Positions 18,857-29,754 of a stretch of DNA of 64,000 bases are shown in pieces; position 1 is the first letter of the stretch, and every line of letters starts with the position of its first letter. The DNA lies in IMG/VR virus record IMGVR_UViG_3300037502_002145, positions 1-64,000 of that record; one strand, written 5' to 3'. A model generated the notes under the pieces. It worked only from the letters and a program-made list of their open reading frames with translations, did not search any database and was not told the origin of the DNA. Source of the stretch: a virus. Both the position numbers and the translations under genes were made by a program.

Positions 18857-21800
18857 TTATTTTACTTGTCTATAAGCATTATTAATTTTATTTATTACAT
18901 CATCACTCGCAGATCTAATTTGATTAGCTGCATTAACACCAGTCACTGTACCTGTAATGTTAATCATATTATCAAAATTAAATACAGGGGTATTATTACT
19001 AGTAGCTAATTTAGTAAAGTCTGGATAATTAGGTTTAAATTGTTGAACAATGTTTTTCATTAGTGGTATAAACTGTTGAAATGTTTTACTGTCAGTCTGA
19101 TTTAATATTATTTCACGATTTTTAACAAATACGGCTTTATCTTCACCTGATAATCTAATACCATCTTCGAGAATCATACCGCCAGTAGTAAAACTAGCCT
19201 TTTTTAAAGCTTCTAAAATACGGTTTATATTAACCCTACCATCAGTAGTATCTTGAACATCTTCAACTCCATCAATATCAGTTAATCCTAAGGCTTGTGC
19301 AATCTCAACCATTTGTTTCTTGGTGATAGTATTGTAACCTTTACTACCAAGATATTGATTTAATTGGCTTAAACCACTTGTATCAGCATTATTAGAACCA
19401 GATTGACCTAGAATAGATGACACTTTAGATATTCCACTAACAGAAGAGCCAGTAGAAGAGTAAACGTTTGCAAGATCACTTGACATAGATAATCCGTACT
19501 GTGATAATGTAGCATTGATTGAATCAAAAGCCTTGGAAAATTCAGTAGCAGTAAGATTAGCGGCTTCAATGATAAAATTCTTTTCTGTCTCATATAGCAA
19601 GTTAATCTTAGACATTTTATCATCGTGAACCTGTTGAACTTTAGTCTTTTCACCGTCATAATATGACTCCATATCTGATATTTGTTTATTCATCATCTCT
19701 TCGTATGCATTATAAGACTCATCTAAAGCATCTTCCGCCAAATCTACTTCTCTGTCTTTTTGAAGTTTAGCTAACGCTTTCTTTTCGTCGTCAAGTTGTT
19801 TTTCTAACTCTGTTTTTTCTTTAATAGCAGAACGGTCGCCATCTCTAACAGCACGATTAAGCAGTTCTAGTCTGGACTCCATTGCAGAAATAGAAGAATT
19901 GTATTCAGCTACTTCTTCGTTGTAATTGTCTGTCTCCTGCTCATCTCTTAAAGCTTTTTTACGTGCGTCAACTATGTCCTTATATTTTTTTATTTGGTCG
20001 TTAAGTGCATCGATAGTAGCTTTTCTAGCAGTCTCAATAGCGTCAAGTTCTGTCTTGAGAGTATCTTCAATCATATCTTTTTGGTCATCGTATCGTTTCT
20101 TCATGTTAGATATGATGGAATCTTGATATGATTTCATAGCACTAGAAGAATCATATAGTTGGGATGTTAAATCCTCTAATCGTTCTGTATAATCTTTTGG
20201 CTCAATTTTACCTTTAGCAAATTTTTTATTTAACTTAGCTATCTCGTCGTTTAACTGTTTAGTTTTCTCAGACGCTTGTTCATATCCGGTTTGCAATAAG
20301 ATTATTTGTTCAACACTGCCGTCATCAAAATACTTAGTAAGTTTGTCTGTTTCTGATAACGTCTTATTAATATTGTTTATAGCCTTATCGAATTCTTCAA
20401 AACTAGCATTTAGTTTAATGTCGGCTAATTTTTCAGTGTTTTCGGCTATTTTAATAGTAGTATCATTAGCACTGTCTAAGGCGTCTTGCCATTGTTTATA
20501 AATGGATAATGCACTAGTTATCTGATTATATAACTGTTCTTGTGCGCCTTTTGATAAACCTTCAAAGTCTTGAATGGAAAATGAACCACCGTTTTTTATC
20601 CTGTCAACATATTTTTTATCTAAGCCTTTGATAGCGTCATCAAACTCAGTTTTATATGTCTTTGCTTGTTCCTTATAACCTTTTTCTAAACTCTTTTGTA
20701 GCGATATTAAAGTTTTTAAATCTTCAATTTGCTTACTATATGGATTTGAATCATCGAGTGTTGACGAAAAGTCCGATACTGCTTTATTGAGTTTATCTAC
20801 TGATTCTTTTGACCAGTCTATTTGGTTAGAAAAGGTGGATTCTTTTGTTTCTTTAGAAGATTTACTAGCATTTGTTTTTTGAGTTCCTCTAACAGAACCA
20901 ATTGAACCACCAGATGTTCCACCACCAGTAATATCAGACAGTCTGCCTTTTAATGATTCTAAGTTGGTAAGCGCAGATTGATACGATTGTATTTCAGCCC
21001 ATAACTCTGGGTTCATAGTAGAAAGAGATTGCTTACCAATACCAAGTTCTTGTTGCTTACGCATTTCATCGCCAGCTCTAAAGTTAGCTAAATCCTGTAA
21101 TGTTTTAATTTCTATACCATAAGCTTCAAGTCTTTTAGCTGTTTCAGATGCAACAAAATCAGTCATCAAAGCTTCTGCATTTTGGAATTGAGTACTTAAA
21201 TCTGTAACAGATCCATATAATAAATCAACGGCTTCTTTTTCAATTGCCCAACCATCAGCAGTACGATATATAGCAGATTCTAATTCAGGATATTTCTTTC
21301 TTAATTCTTCAATTTCATCGTAGCTGTATGAATAAGAATCATTAAGATTATCTTGCATTTCTTCGATGTCTGCTAATTTAGATGGAAGTTCATTAATAGT
21401 TTCTTCTAAATCGCTTAAAGCAGTGTTAACTTCAATAATACCATTTGTTTTTACATCGTTTGACTCTACAGATATAGCATTGATATGAGATGCAACTTCT
21501 TCAGCAGAAAAGCCAGTTTCTTCTAATAATTTTTTATATTCAGCAGTAGAAGATAATACCTCAGGAGTTAATTCCCCAGCTCTAGCAAGTTTTTCTAGCT
21601 CTTTTTTTGCATTACTAAATTGTTCAGAATTGTAAATCTCATCAAACTCCTTGATTTGGTACGACTCTGGGTTTAAAGTCTTATCTATTAGAGTTGCAAA
21701 ATCTCTCCAACTTTGACTAGTCTCATCATCAATTTTATATCTATCGGCGTAGTCCACATATTTTACACCTATATCAACTAACTCTTTACGAATTTCTTCA

Positions 21801-24229
21801 TAATATGATTTTTCTTCTTCTGAAAGTTCAACACCTTGTTTGCGTTTTTCGTTGTATTGCTCAATCAGGTCAATCATGTTCTTAGCATAATCTTCTTCAC
21901 TAGTTGTTATAAATTCTTTTACGGTAACGGCTTCACCACGAGACGCAACTTGTGTTGTACCTCCAGTCCAATATGTACGTTCTGTATTATTGTTAGTAAA
22001 GTCTTTACTGAACTCTGTAGCTACTGAATCAGCAATTTCACGTTGTTTAATTAATGCTTGTTCTTCAAGGAGTCTTTTTTGAGTTTCTAATAGGTCGTTA
22101 GTTTCTTTTAATTTTTCAAGCTCACCTTGTTCAACCAGTGTTAAATTGTCTTTATCGTTTAATTCATCAATTTTATCACCAACAGTAGATAATTCAGTTT
22201 CAATGCTTGACAATTCAGTTTGTAACTCGCTATACTCAGACTCTAAATTTTTTGTTATTTCTTTTTGCTCTGTAAGTGATACGTTTAATGCATCATAAGC
22301 CATTACTGTTCCAGCAATAATTGCTCCAATTCCTAATAACGGGGCAATGGATGAAATCAAACCTTTAGCTGCTGTAGCCCCCAATGATAAAGCACCATTA
22401 AGACCAGTTTGAGCCACTATTTGAGACATAGTTGATGCCGTTACGCCAGTATTCGCTAATAATAAATTACCCATACTCTTAACGATAACAGGTAGTAATA
22501 ATTTGTTAGCTGTAAAAGCACCTGCTAAAGTACCTAATACCGGAATTAAACCGCCTATAGATGTTGTTATATTTACTATTATGTTTGATACATCTAAAAA
22601 CCCTTTTACCCACTCACTATTTATCGTAGTAGATGCTAACTCTTGAAATGAAGCTTTCAATCTATCGGCAGAGTATTCAATACCCTCCATATATTTTTGC
22701 TGTTCAGCCATAGCACTACCAACTGAATTGATAGAATCCTCAAGTGCTTTCTGTGCTTGACCAGACTGAAAAGATTGAATAAGCGCAGCTATACTATTAC
22801 CTCTTTGCTTACCCGCTATGGTTTCAAGTAAAGCAGCTTGATCGGTTTGAGCCAACTGATCCCATACACCAGCAATATCTTTTATTATTTCATAAGTAGA
22901 CTTAAACTTGGTCGGATCTAACTCATCCATAATATTAACCACGCCATCAGTTAAGTTATATATTTGAGTTTGTATTTTACTTACAGATTCAATATTTTCA
23001 TATTCTTCGCCAATAGCTTGTAATTCACCCTTCATACCACGAAGACGCATAGATAATACTTTCAATGCATTACCCATTTCACTAGCATTTTGAGTAATCT
23101 CGGTTCCACCAGTAATCAATGCGAGTGATTCATTTATATCATTACCAGCTAAAGCCAAAGCTGAGGCAGCATTAGATAAACCTTCCCCTAAGGACGCTGC
23201 ATCGGTTGCATATTTATTTCCTAAATTATTAAGTGAGTCAGCAATTTTTATTGCATCTGTTGATTCTATGTTGTATGCTTTCATTGCAGTAACCAAATCA
23301 CCAACAGCTTTACTTGTGTCAGTAATTTCAGCAACATTGGCATAAACAGTACTTACTTCAGCTAATTGACTAGCTTGTTCTATTTCATATCCAAGTTTTG
23401 CCCATGTAGCTGTCATTTCTACTATATCACTTATATTTGAACCAAGAGCTTTAGCATTGTTTGTAGCCGTTTGAAGGAATCTTTTATAAACTTCATCGGT
23501 TTCATCTGTAACCTTACGAAGAGAAATAAAAGCCTTATCCAAATCTTTTACAGCATCAATCATACTACGCACGGCGTTAACTCCACCCATTATCAGAGTT
23601 CCTGCTCCTAAGAATGTAATAAAATTTTTCAAATCAGCAGTAAAGTTACCAAGTGCACTTTTCCCAGTTTGACCAAGAGCCGTCGCTTCAGATTTTAAAT
23701 TAGAGAATTCTTTTCTTGCATTACGTAAACCAGTTACGTCTACATTCTTTAACCTACCTTGAATATCGATTAGTTGATTCTTGAAGTCAGACGACAATTT
23801 AGTATTTTCTTTTAAGTATGTCGTTATCTGATTATTTAATGTGGTTTTTCCAAAATTCAATCCTATTGCAGCTTGATTTTCTTTCTCTAAATCCCTATAA
23901 TACTGTGCCATTTTCTTTAACTCAGTATTAGTAGCAGTAATAGAAGCTACGGATTCTTTTCTCCTGTTAGACCACATTTTTGATTCTTGTTGTTCTAATT
24001 GTTTAGATTGTTTTTTATAGTTATCTTGTTCCTTTAAAGCACTTTTCCAGAGGTTAACATAATCCTTTTTTACATTGTTAATAGATTGTTTTGCAGTTTT
24101 GTCGTCTATATCAACGTCAAACTTTAACTTAACATCATTCTTAACTTTTTCAATATCTGATTTTAATTTCTTATTGGCGTTAGAGAGGTTATAAGCCGCC
24201 TCAAGTATCAATTTATATTGATCATTCAT
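18857..24229 (-). CDS. Tape measure protein (TP901-type core)
   Basis: 1790 aa, 'LDKA...LRKVTD', 'GNALKVLSMRLRG', 'IAGKQR' core, long coiled coils. Confidence 0.95.
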   Translation of the reverse strand: MNDQYKLILEAAYNLSNANKKLKSDIEKVKNDVKLKFDVDIDDKTAKQSINNVKKDYVNLWKSALKEQDNYKKQSKQLEQQESKMWSNRRKESVASITATNTELKKMAQYYRDLEKENQAAIGLNFGKTTLNNQITTYLKENTKLSSDFKNQLIDIQGRLKNVDVTGLRNARKEFSNLKSEATALGQTGKSALGNFTADLKNFITFLGAGTLIMGGVNAVRSMIDAVKDLDKAFISLRKVTDETDEVYKRFLQTATNNAKALGSNISDIVEMTATWAKLGYEIEQASQLAEVSTVYANVAEITDTSKAVGDLVTAMKAYNIESTDAIKIADSLNNLGNKYATDAASLGEGLSNAASALALAGNDINESLALITGGTEITQNASEMGNALKVLSMRLRGMKGELQAIGEEYENIESVSKIQTQIYNLTDGVVNIMDELDPTKFKSTYEIIKDIAGVWDQLAQTDQAALLETIAGKQRGNSIAALIQSFQSGQAQKALEDSINSVGSAMAEQQKYMEGIEYSADRLKASFQELASTTINSEWVKGFLDVSNIIVNITTSIGGLIPVLGTLAGAFTANKLLLPVIVKSMGNLLLANTGVTASTMSQIVAQTGLNGALSLGATAAKGLISSIAPLLGIGAIIAGTVMAYDALNVSLTEQKEITKNLESEYSELQTELSSIETELSTVGDKIDELNDKDNLTLVEQGELEKLKETNDLLETQKRLLEEQALIKQREIADSVATEFSKDFTNNNTERTYWTGGTTQVASRGEAVTVKEFITTSEEDYAKNMIDLIEQYNEKRKQGVELSEEEKSYYEEIRKELVDIGVKYVDYADRYKIDDETSQSWRDFATLIDKTLNPESYQIKEFDEIYNSEQFSNAKKELEKLARAGELTPEVLSSTAEYKKLLEETGFSAEEVASHINAISVESNDVKTNGIIEVNTALSDLEETINELPSKLADIEEMQDNLNDSYSYSYDEIEELRKKYPELESAIYRTADGWAIEKEAVDLLYGSVTDLSTQFQNAEALMTDFVASETAKRLEAYGIEIKTLQDLANFRAGDEMRKQQELGIGKQSLSTMNPELWAEIQSYQSALTNLESLKGRLSDITGGGTSGGSIGSVRGTQKTNASKSSKETKESTFSNQIDWSKESVDKLNKAVSDFSSTLDDSNPYSKQIEDLKTLISLQKSLEKGYKEQAKTYKTEFDDAIKGLDKKYVDRIKNGGSFSIQDFEGLSKGAQEQLYNQITSALSIYKQWQDALDSANDTTIKIAENTEKLADIKLNASFEEFDKAINNINKTLSETDKLTKYFDDGSVEQIILLQTGYEQASEKTKQLNDEIAKLNKKFAKGKIEPKDYTERLEDLTSQLYDSSSAMKSYQDSIISNMKKRYDDQKDMIEDTLKTELDAIETARKATIDALNDQIKKYKDIVDARKKALRDEQETDNYNEEVAEYNSSISAMESRLELLNRAVRDGDRSAIKEKTELEKQLDDEKKALAKLQKDREVDLAEDALDESYNAYEEMMNKQISDMESYYDGEKTKVQQVHDDKMSKINLLYETEKNFIIEAANLTATEFSKAFDSINATLSQYGLSMSSDLANVYSSTGSSVSGISKVSSILGQSGSNNADTSGLSQLNQYLGSKGYNTITKKQMVEIAQALGLTDIDGVEDVQDTTDGRVNINRILEALKKASFTTGGMILEDGIRLSGEDKAVFVKNREIILNQTDSKTFQQFIPLMKNIVQQFKPNYPDFTKLATSNNTPVFNFDNMINITGTVTGVNAANQIRSASDDVINKINNAYRQVK

Positions 24230-24386
24230 CTATTATTTACACTCCTTTCAGTAAATTTGGGCATTAAAAAACGCCCACTAAAAGCGAGCGTGTATTTTCT
24301 ACAATAAAAAAGAGCCAATAAAACGACTCATTTATTTATACTTATACAAAGCAAAAGACACCCATAGAAGAGTGCCTCGCTTGTTT

Positions 24387-24734
24387 TTAAACTAACATTT
24401 CTTTGATTCTTACAGTACCATCATTAAAATTTATCTCCCCGACGGTTAGCCCATCTATTATAAATTTATGAATAGAAACGATACTACTTTTTAAAAACAT
24501 CATTAAATTGTATCTGTTACTCGAAATTACTTCATCTTTATCACAGCAACAGACTTCGTCGTTCTCAATTTCAATGTGTAAATCGTGCAGTATGTAAGAA
24601 CGTTTACCATTTTTCTTGAATTCTTCAGTTACTTTAAAGCAATTAACCCCTTGTTCCCAAATTAGCATATCAACTTCCTCTGCTAACTCTTCGATTGTTA
24701 ACTCCTTCTCATTTTGTACCTCATTAATACTCAT
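24387..24734 (-). CDS. Hypothetical moron protein, paralogue of 11004-11315
   Basis: Perfect TTGACA-17-TATAAT promoter (24821-24793, minus strand), RBS, terminator family copy downstream. Confidence 0.75.
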   Translation of the reverse strand: MSINEVQNEKELTIEELAEEVDMLIWEQGVNCFKVTEEFKKNGKRSYILHDLHIEIENDEVCCCDKDEVISSNRYNLMMFLKSSIVSIHKFIIDGLTVGEINFNDGTVRIKEMLV

Positions 24735-24974
24735 CCTCTTTTGCCCTCCTAGATGTAAAAATATTACAGATTGTGGAAATAGTAACAATGTAATTATAAA
24801 ACCATTTCCTAATACTGTCAATATAGTTTTTAAACAAATTTATTATATGCGATATAATTGTGTACACAATAAACTTTGAATATCCAACTAATTACCTACT
24901 TATTGTATAGATTCATAATTATTGACAATACTGGTAAATAATGTTAAGATTTTGAATGTGAGGAGGATATAAAT

Positions 24975-25184
24975 ATGTACGTAAACTTGCTCAATGTAAT
25001 CCACAAAAAAGGAATCAGTATGAGTAGTTTATCAAAGGAGGTAGGCTGTACTTGCGCTAATTTAAACAGATTAGCAAATAATAAAACCAAAAGTGTACAT
25101 TTCGATTTACTTCAACGACTATGTGATGTATTAGAATGTGAGATACAAGATATATTGATATTGGAAAATAGTGAGAGAGAGTAA
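24975..25184 (+). CDS. XRE/Cro-like HTH regulator
   Basis: 'LSKEVG...NLNRL.NNK..SV.FD.L.RLC.VLEC.I.DIL'; TTGACA-17-TAAGAT promoter. Confidence 0.9.
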   Translation: MYVNLLNVIHKKGISMSSLSKEVGCTCANLNRLANNKTKSVHFDLLQRLCDVLECEIQDILILENSERE

Positions 25185-25210
25185 CGAGGTCGGCATTACT
25201 CTCAACTTCA

Positions 25211-25435
25211 CTATATCCTAACTTTGCGCCAATCGAGGTGGAATACTTCCCATGCGTCCATTTTCAAAGCACGACACAAATAAAGAATTGTGGTCTGCTT
25301 AGGGATAGTATTTCCATTTTCGATATTGTCAATAGTTACGTGTGACACCCCTGACAGTTTGGCTAGTTGTCTTTGGGTTAATCCCCTTGATTCTCGTATA
25401 CTCCTCAGGTTGTTCAATACTTTTAAAACGATCAC
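25211..25435 (-). CDS. XRE-family HTH regulator
   Basis: 'LRSIRESRGLTQRQLAKLSGVS..TI.NIENG..P'. Confidence 0.9.
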   Translation of the reverse strand: MIVLKVLNNLRSIRESRGLTQRQLAKLSGVSHVTIDNIENGNTIPKQTTILYLCRALKMDAWEVFHLDWRKVRI

Positions 25436-25661
25436 TCCTTTGTGGGTTTTTAAAAGTATACATGAAATATTTGTAATAGAATAACATATAACCTGTTAAG
25501 TTTGTTTAACAAGGTTAAAGTTTTTCTAAAATATTTCAAGGTATACTATCCGGGGCACACTTGTATTATATCATGGGTAAACGGTCGTTCATAGTGATTT
25601 TGTCATTGTTTGTAGTATTTTGGCATATTTACCAATGACTTTGGCATTATGTGGAAGAAGA

Positions 25662-26681
25662 TTAGTCCACAAATAATTCGTCAGATTCTTCACTGTCATC
25701 ATCCTTTATTACATAAATCTGAGTTGTTTCGCTCGAGGCATGACCTAATAGTCTTTGAGCGGCTTCAATATTCTTACCATCTTCAACAACAATTGATGTA
25801 GCACGAGCTTCTCTTAGTATATGAGGATGAAATCTTCTACCGAGCAATGGAGTAAAGATATCACTAGCCCACAAATTAAATGTAGTCCTAGATACTTGTT
25901 TTACTTCTCCTTTGTATTTAGTAACAAACATATACTCACAATCATCATCACCACGTACCTCTAACCATTTTTTAAATGCATCCATAGCATAGTCAGAGAA
26001 TTTTAACTGACGAATTTTTCCGGTTTTCCCTTGACCTTTACACCTCAATTTAGGTGTTAAATAATATTTAACTTCTTTTTCTTCTTCATTCCCATCTTCA
26101 TTTTTAACTTTTATGGTTTTAACAATTGGCTTTGCATTAATTATATCTTTTCGTATCTGCATTGTTTCTGAACGTCTACATCCAGTTTCAAAAGTAAACT
26201 TTAGATATGCAATTTTCATGTACTTATCCTTTATATCACTTTCTTCGAGTTTGTCTAACATCATTTGAAGTTCAGCTTTAGTAGGTGGGATTTTTTCATT
26301 AACAAAAGCCTTTTCAGGTTTCTTTATACCCTTATTAATAAACTGTCTAAATGTCGGGTAATCGTCTTCATAATAAAGTAGTATGTAGTTGTTCAAAGAG
26401 CTAACAGCCGCTCTTTTATTTGCTATATCAGAAGAAGAATGACCTAAATTGATAAGCCAGTTTTGATATCTTTTAAATTCTATGCTTTTAACTTCAACAT
26501 GTTTTTTATTATTTAAATTTTCTCTTACCCAATTAAACCAGATTGCTAAATTAGACTTGTAAGCCTTTAAGCTGTCATCTGATAATTCCACTGAGTTATT
26601 TATAAATTCATCTCGTAAATTTCTATTAAATTCATTACATTGTAACCATTGCTGTTCTGTTATTGGTTTTAACCTCTCCAT
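25662..26681 (-). CDS. Tyrosine recombinase within the tail operon
   Basis: All catalytic residues visible: TGCRRSE (R), KG.GK (K), HILR, LLGH, TQIY. Confidence 0.92.
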   Translation of the reverse strand: MERLKPITEQQWLQCNEFNRNLRDEFINNSVELSDDSLKAYKSNLAIWFNWVRENLNNKKHVEVKSIEFKRYQNWLINLGHSSSDIANKRAAVSSLNNYILLYYEDDYPTFRQFINKGIKKPEKAFVNEKIPPTKAELQMMLDKLEESDIKDKYMKIAYLKFTFETGCRRSETMQIRKDIINAKPIVKTIKVKNEDGNEEEKEVKYYLTPKLRCKGQGKTGKIRQLKFSDYAMDAFKKWLEVRGDDDCEYMFVTKYKGEVKQVSRTTFNLWASDIFTPLLGRRFHPHILREARATSIVVEDGKNIEAAQRLLGHASSETTQIYVIKDDDSEESDELFVD

Positions 26682-26804
26682 AAATTATTCCCCTTTCTTT
26701 TTGTAATATAAAAAGAGCAGCAAGATAGTGAGTCTTACCACTCTTGATTAATAGTTTATTTTTACGCATTAAAAAAGACACTCCGAAGAGTGCCTTAATA
26801 GTCT

Positions 26805-27098
26805 TTAATAGCTGCAAATTACTAGAGATATTTTGTAATCCCCAATATCAATAACAACTTCGTTACTAATATCACATGGCTGTATGAAGATATTGATAAT
26901 ATTAGACTTATGAATTACTATCTCAAAATCAGTGTTATCCTCTAGTCGTATCTTGTTACCAGTATCGTATACTTCTAAATTACTAGACGATAGCTTTATA
27001 GGACAGACACAATCAATAGAAATAATCACTTCTTTTTGCTCACAGTAAACATCTTCAAATAATTTAACCAATTCTTCACATGTTATCACCTTACCCAT
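26805..27098 (-). CDS. Hypothetical moron protein
   Basis: GAGGG RBS; followed by terminator family copy; N-terminus resembles the other two moron proteins. Confidence 0.65.
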   Translation of the reverse strand: MGKVITCEELVKLFEDVYCEQKEVIISIDCVCPIKLSSSNLEVYDTGNKIRLEDNTDFEIVIHKSNIINIFIQPCDISNEVVIDIGDYKISLVICSY

Positions 27099-27242
27099 AC
27101 ATTACCCTCTGCCTTTCTCGTTTGCAAGTAAAAAAGTTACTATCTATACTATTATTCGTAGTAGGATAGTTATATTGTGGGGTAAGTAGGTAAATTAGGT
27201 AATTATTACTACATATGTAGAAAAGATAAAACGGTGATTCTA

Positions 27243-27680
27243 TTATGTATATACGGTAAATCCTTTACTTTTTAAATAAGCAATACAATCAAGTAATAAT
27301 TGACCACTACCAATAGTTTCCTCAATAGCATCATCCCATACTTTAGTATTTGTTCCAACATTCATGCCACCGTGTAAACCATTGTTAGCCCATGTAACAA
27401 CATCGTATCCAGTTGCATCTTTGTAATTGTCTAATGACTCATAATCTATTCCTACTTCTGCAACAAACGAATTACCTACCTTTTTTACATTTGTCTTAAA
27501 AGCCGAGTGTAACATGTCATATGATCTTTGATATTGTACAGGAGTCCATTCTTCATAGTACTGATTCAAGAAGAAATTTACAGCTTCATATACTTCATTA
27601 GCCATTAATTCGCAAAGTTGTTTGGCATGTTGCTCCATGATTTTCTGTAAGTCTGATGGTTTGATATTTATAACTGCCAT
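27243..27680 (-). CDS. Putative tail completion / neck protein
   Basis: Position in tail operon; 'YY...P..Y.RSY' motif. Confidence 0.5.
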   Translation of the reverse strand: MAVINIKPSDLQKIMEQHAKQLCELMANEVYEAVNFFLNQYYEEWTPVQYQRSYDMLHSAFKTNVKKVGNSFVAEVGIDYESLDNYKDATGYDVVTWANNGLHGGMNVGTNTKVWDDAIEETIGSGQLLLDCIAYLKSKGFTVYT

Positions 27681-27682
27681 AA

Positions 27683-28279
27683 CTACGCCTTTTTATCAGC
27701 TAATACGTTCTTAGCTTTTTCATTATTCTCATATTGCCTAAGTTTTTTACCTAGTTCTTGTATAGCATTATCTCTAACATCGTTACCGATACCAAATTTC
27801 TGATAGGCTTTAAATATCTCTTGTGGATTAAGTTTCTTTAAAATCTTCTCTAATTTCTTAACGTCTAATTCTTGAGCCTTAGAGTTGAGCGTAGTAAGTA
27901 ATGTATTTAAACTTGCAAACATATCATCCATAGCAGAAGAGTGTATTAATTGTTCTTTCTTGAGGTATATTTCGTCGTCGATAGCATTAACAAGTTTATA
28001 GTATTGATCCTCATTAAACCCATCTGATACTATAATTATATCAACAAAGTCCTTGTAATCTTTGTAGTTTGAATAAAGTGTTTCTAAGTCTGGTGACTCT
28101 AAATCTGTATAATATGTAATGAAATATTTTACTAAGCCTAGGTCATATAATAGTGGAGTATAAGACTTATCTTCTAATGAAACAGTGTCATCAACTACAG
28201 ATTGGACAAATGCAATTGATTCTACTAGTGTTAAACTTTCTTTTACGTTAATGTCTTTATCTTGAAATTTAATTATCAT
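27683..28279 (-). CDS. Hypothetical tail-region protein (possible tail assembly chaperone)
   Basis: Position between major tail and TMP genes; GGAGG RBS. Confidence 0.45.
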   Translation of the reverse strand: MIIKFQDKDINVKESLTLVESIAFVQSVVDDTVSLEDKSYTPLLYDLGLVKYFITYYTDLESPDLETLYSNYKDYKDFVDIIIVSDGFNEDQYYKLVNAIDDEIYLKKEQLIHSSAMDDMFASLNTLLTTLNSKAQELDVKKLEKILKKLNPQEIFKAYQKFGIGNDVRDNAIQELGKKLRQYENNEKAKNVLADKKA

Positions 28280-28303
28280 TTAATATCCTCCATTTATTTT
28301 AAT

Positions 28304-28663
28304 TTAAACAGTTTCAAATATAACAGTGTAAACAGGACAGCTACCAGTGTCGGTATAAGTATTAAACTCAGTAATTTTAAAATAGTCACCATAGCGAAAC
28401 ATTCTTTCTACAACTTCCATGTTATCTATACGAGTATTTTCTGATCTTTTAACTATCATTTTAGTTAATTCCTTATGTTTAAATGCTTTATATAGTCCGT
28501 GCATATACGTAGATAGTCGCAACTCAATTATAGTATTACCATCTCTATCCTCACGAATATCTTCTCCAATGATAGAATCGATTAATATTTTTTCATCAGA
28601 AATAAGCGTTACGGTATAATCAAGCACATGTTTTTGAACTTCTTGTTTATTATAAACTTCCAT
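28304..28663 (-). CDS. Hypothetical protein
   Basis: GGAGG RBS before MEVYNK. Confidence 0.55.
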   Translation of the reverse strand: MEVYNKQEVQKHVLDYTVTLISDEKILIDSIIGEDIREDRDGNTIIELRLSTYMHGLYKAFKHKELTKMIVKRSENTRIDNMEVVERMFRYGDYFKITEFNTYTDTGSCPVYTVIFETV

Positions 28664-28699
28664 TTTAAATCCTCCATTTTTCACATAAAAATAAGACAA

Positions 28700-29182
28700 C
28701 TATTTGCTGTCTTTCTTGGTTGTTTTATTCTTTTTATTTTGCCTACGAATCTTTTGTAATTCATCGTACTCTATCCATCCAGTAGTGGAAGAGTGAGTCA
28801 CCCATTCAAAGTCTATTTCAGGATAGTAGTATTTCATGAGTTTAGCCTTGATTTTTGAGTCTGCCGTAGCCCTACCTTTAGTGTCTATCACCTTAAACGA
28901 TCCATCTGAGTACCATACATCAAAATCACTGACATAGCAAATCTCACGGATAGTTTTATCTTTGTATTTAAATGATGGTGTAAGTTTATATTTTTGTTGT
29001 AATTTATATGTAGAAATAGTACCGTCCTTCAAACCTTTAATGACAACTTCTTCGTAATATTTACGCTCAAGTTCACTATCAAAGATGATGGTTTCTCCAG
29101 TAAAATAGTCTTGAGATGTTCTTTTTTTGACTCCGGATTCTGTCATATCTACACCAAATTTACTTCTTTTTCTTTTAGCCAT
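28700..29182 (-). CDS. DUF1064 family PD-(D/E)xK nuclease-like protein
   Basis: 'FDSELE..YY', 'LQ.KY.L', 'YVSDF.V', 'VIDTKG'. Confidence 0.85.
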   Translation of the reverse strand: MAKRKRSKFGVDMTESGVKKRTSQDYFTGETIIFDSELERKYYEEVVIKGLKDGTISTYKLQQKYKLTPSFKYKDKTIREICYVSDFDVWYSDGSFKVIDTKGRATADSKIKAKLMKYYYPEIDFEWVTHSSTTGWIEYDELQKIRRQNKKNKTTKKDSK

Positions 29183-29194
29183 TTGTATCCTTTC

Positions 29195-29371
29195 TTAACT
29201 ATTACTTTTTCCAAATGATCCACTACATTTCCAAATACTTGGGTTAGGAGAGTAGATACGTTTAACCTTTTCTTTGCATAGTGGACATTCCATTTCTTCT
29301 TTGACTTCTGACATTTTTAGGTTTAATATCATTTCACCGTGTTTCTCACAGTAATAAAAATAATTTGCCAT
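29195..29371 (-). CDS. FmdB-like zinc-ribbon protein
   Basis: 'Y.YYCEKHG...CPLC....KRIYS...WKCSG'. Confidence 0.7.
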   Translation of the reverse strand: MANYFYYCEKHGEMILNLKMSEVKEEMECPLCKEKVKRIYSPNPSIWKCSGSFGKSNS

Positions 29372-29461
29372 TTTACCTCCATATAACTCTAAAATAATCA
29401 CACAGTATGTGATAAATCGTTACTTAAATTTCATGTTTTGTGGATAAATGTTGTATTTTAT

Positions 29462-29662
29462 TTATAATTCATGTTTACACCATTTATCGTATAAATCCTT
29501 TGTATCTTCTTTTGAAAATGCAACAACAATTGAATCTCTACTAGAGAAAAAATCATAAACTACCGCTTCATTATCCATATACTTAGCTATTTGTTTGGGA
29601 TTCACAATAAATACCATTTTATCAGGATTGTATAATTTTCCTGTTGTTTTAGATTTAATCAA
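29462..29662 (-). CDS. Conserved hypothetical phage protein
   Basis: 'TGK.Y...I.NPKQ...Y...F.KE.TK.LY.KW'. Confidence 0.6.
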   Translation of the reverse strand: MIKSKTTGKLYNPDKMVFIVNPKQIAKYMDNEAVVYDFFSSRDSIVVAFSKEDTKDLYDKWCKHEL

Positions 29663-29754
29663 ATTTCATTCCTCCGTTATTTTAATAATCGTAAAAAATA
29701 GGGGCAATACCTCAAACTATTACTAAATAGTGAAGTATGCCCCTAATGTTTAAT

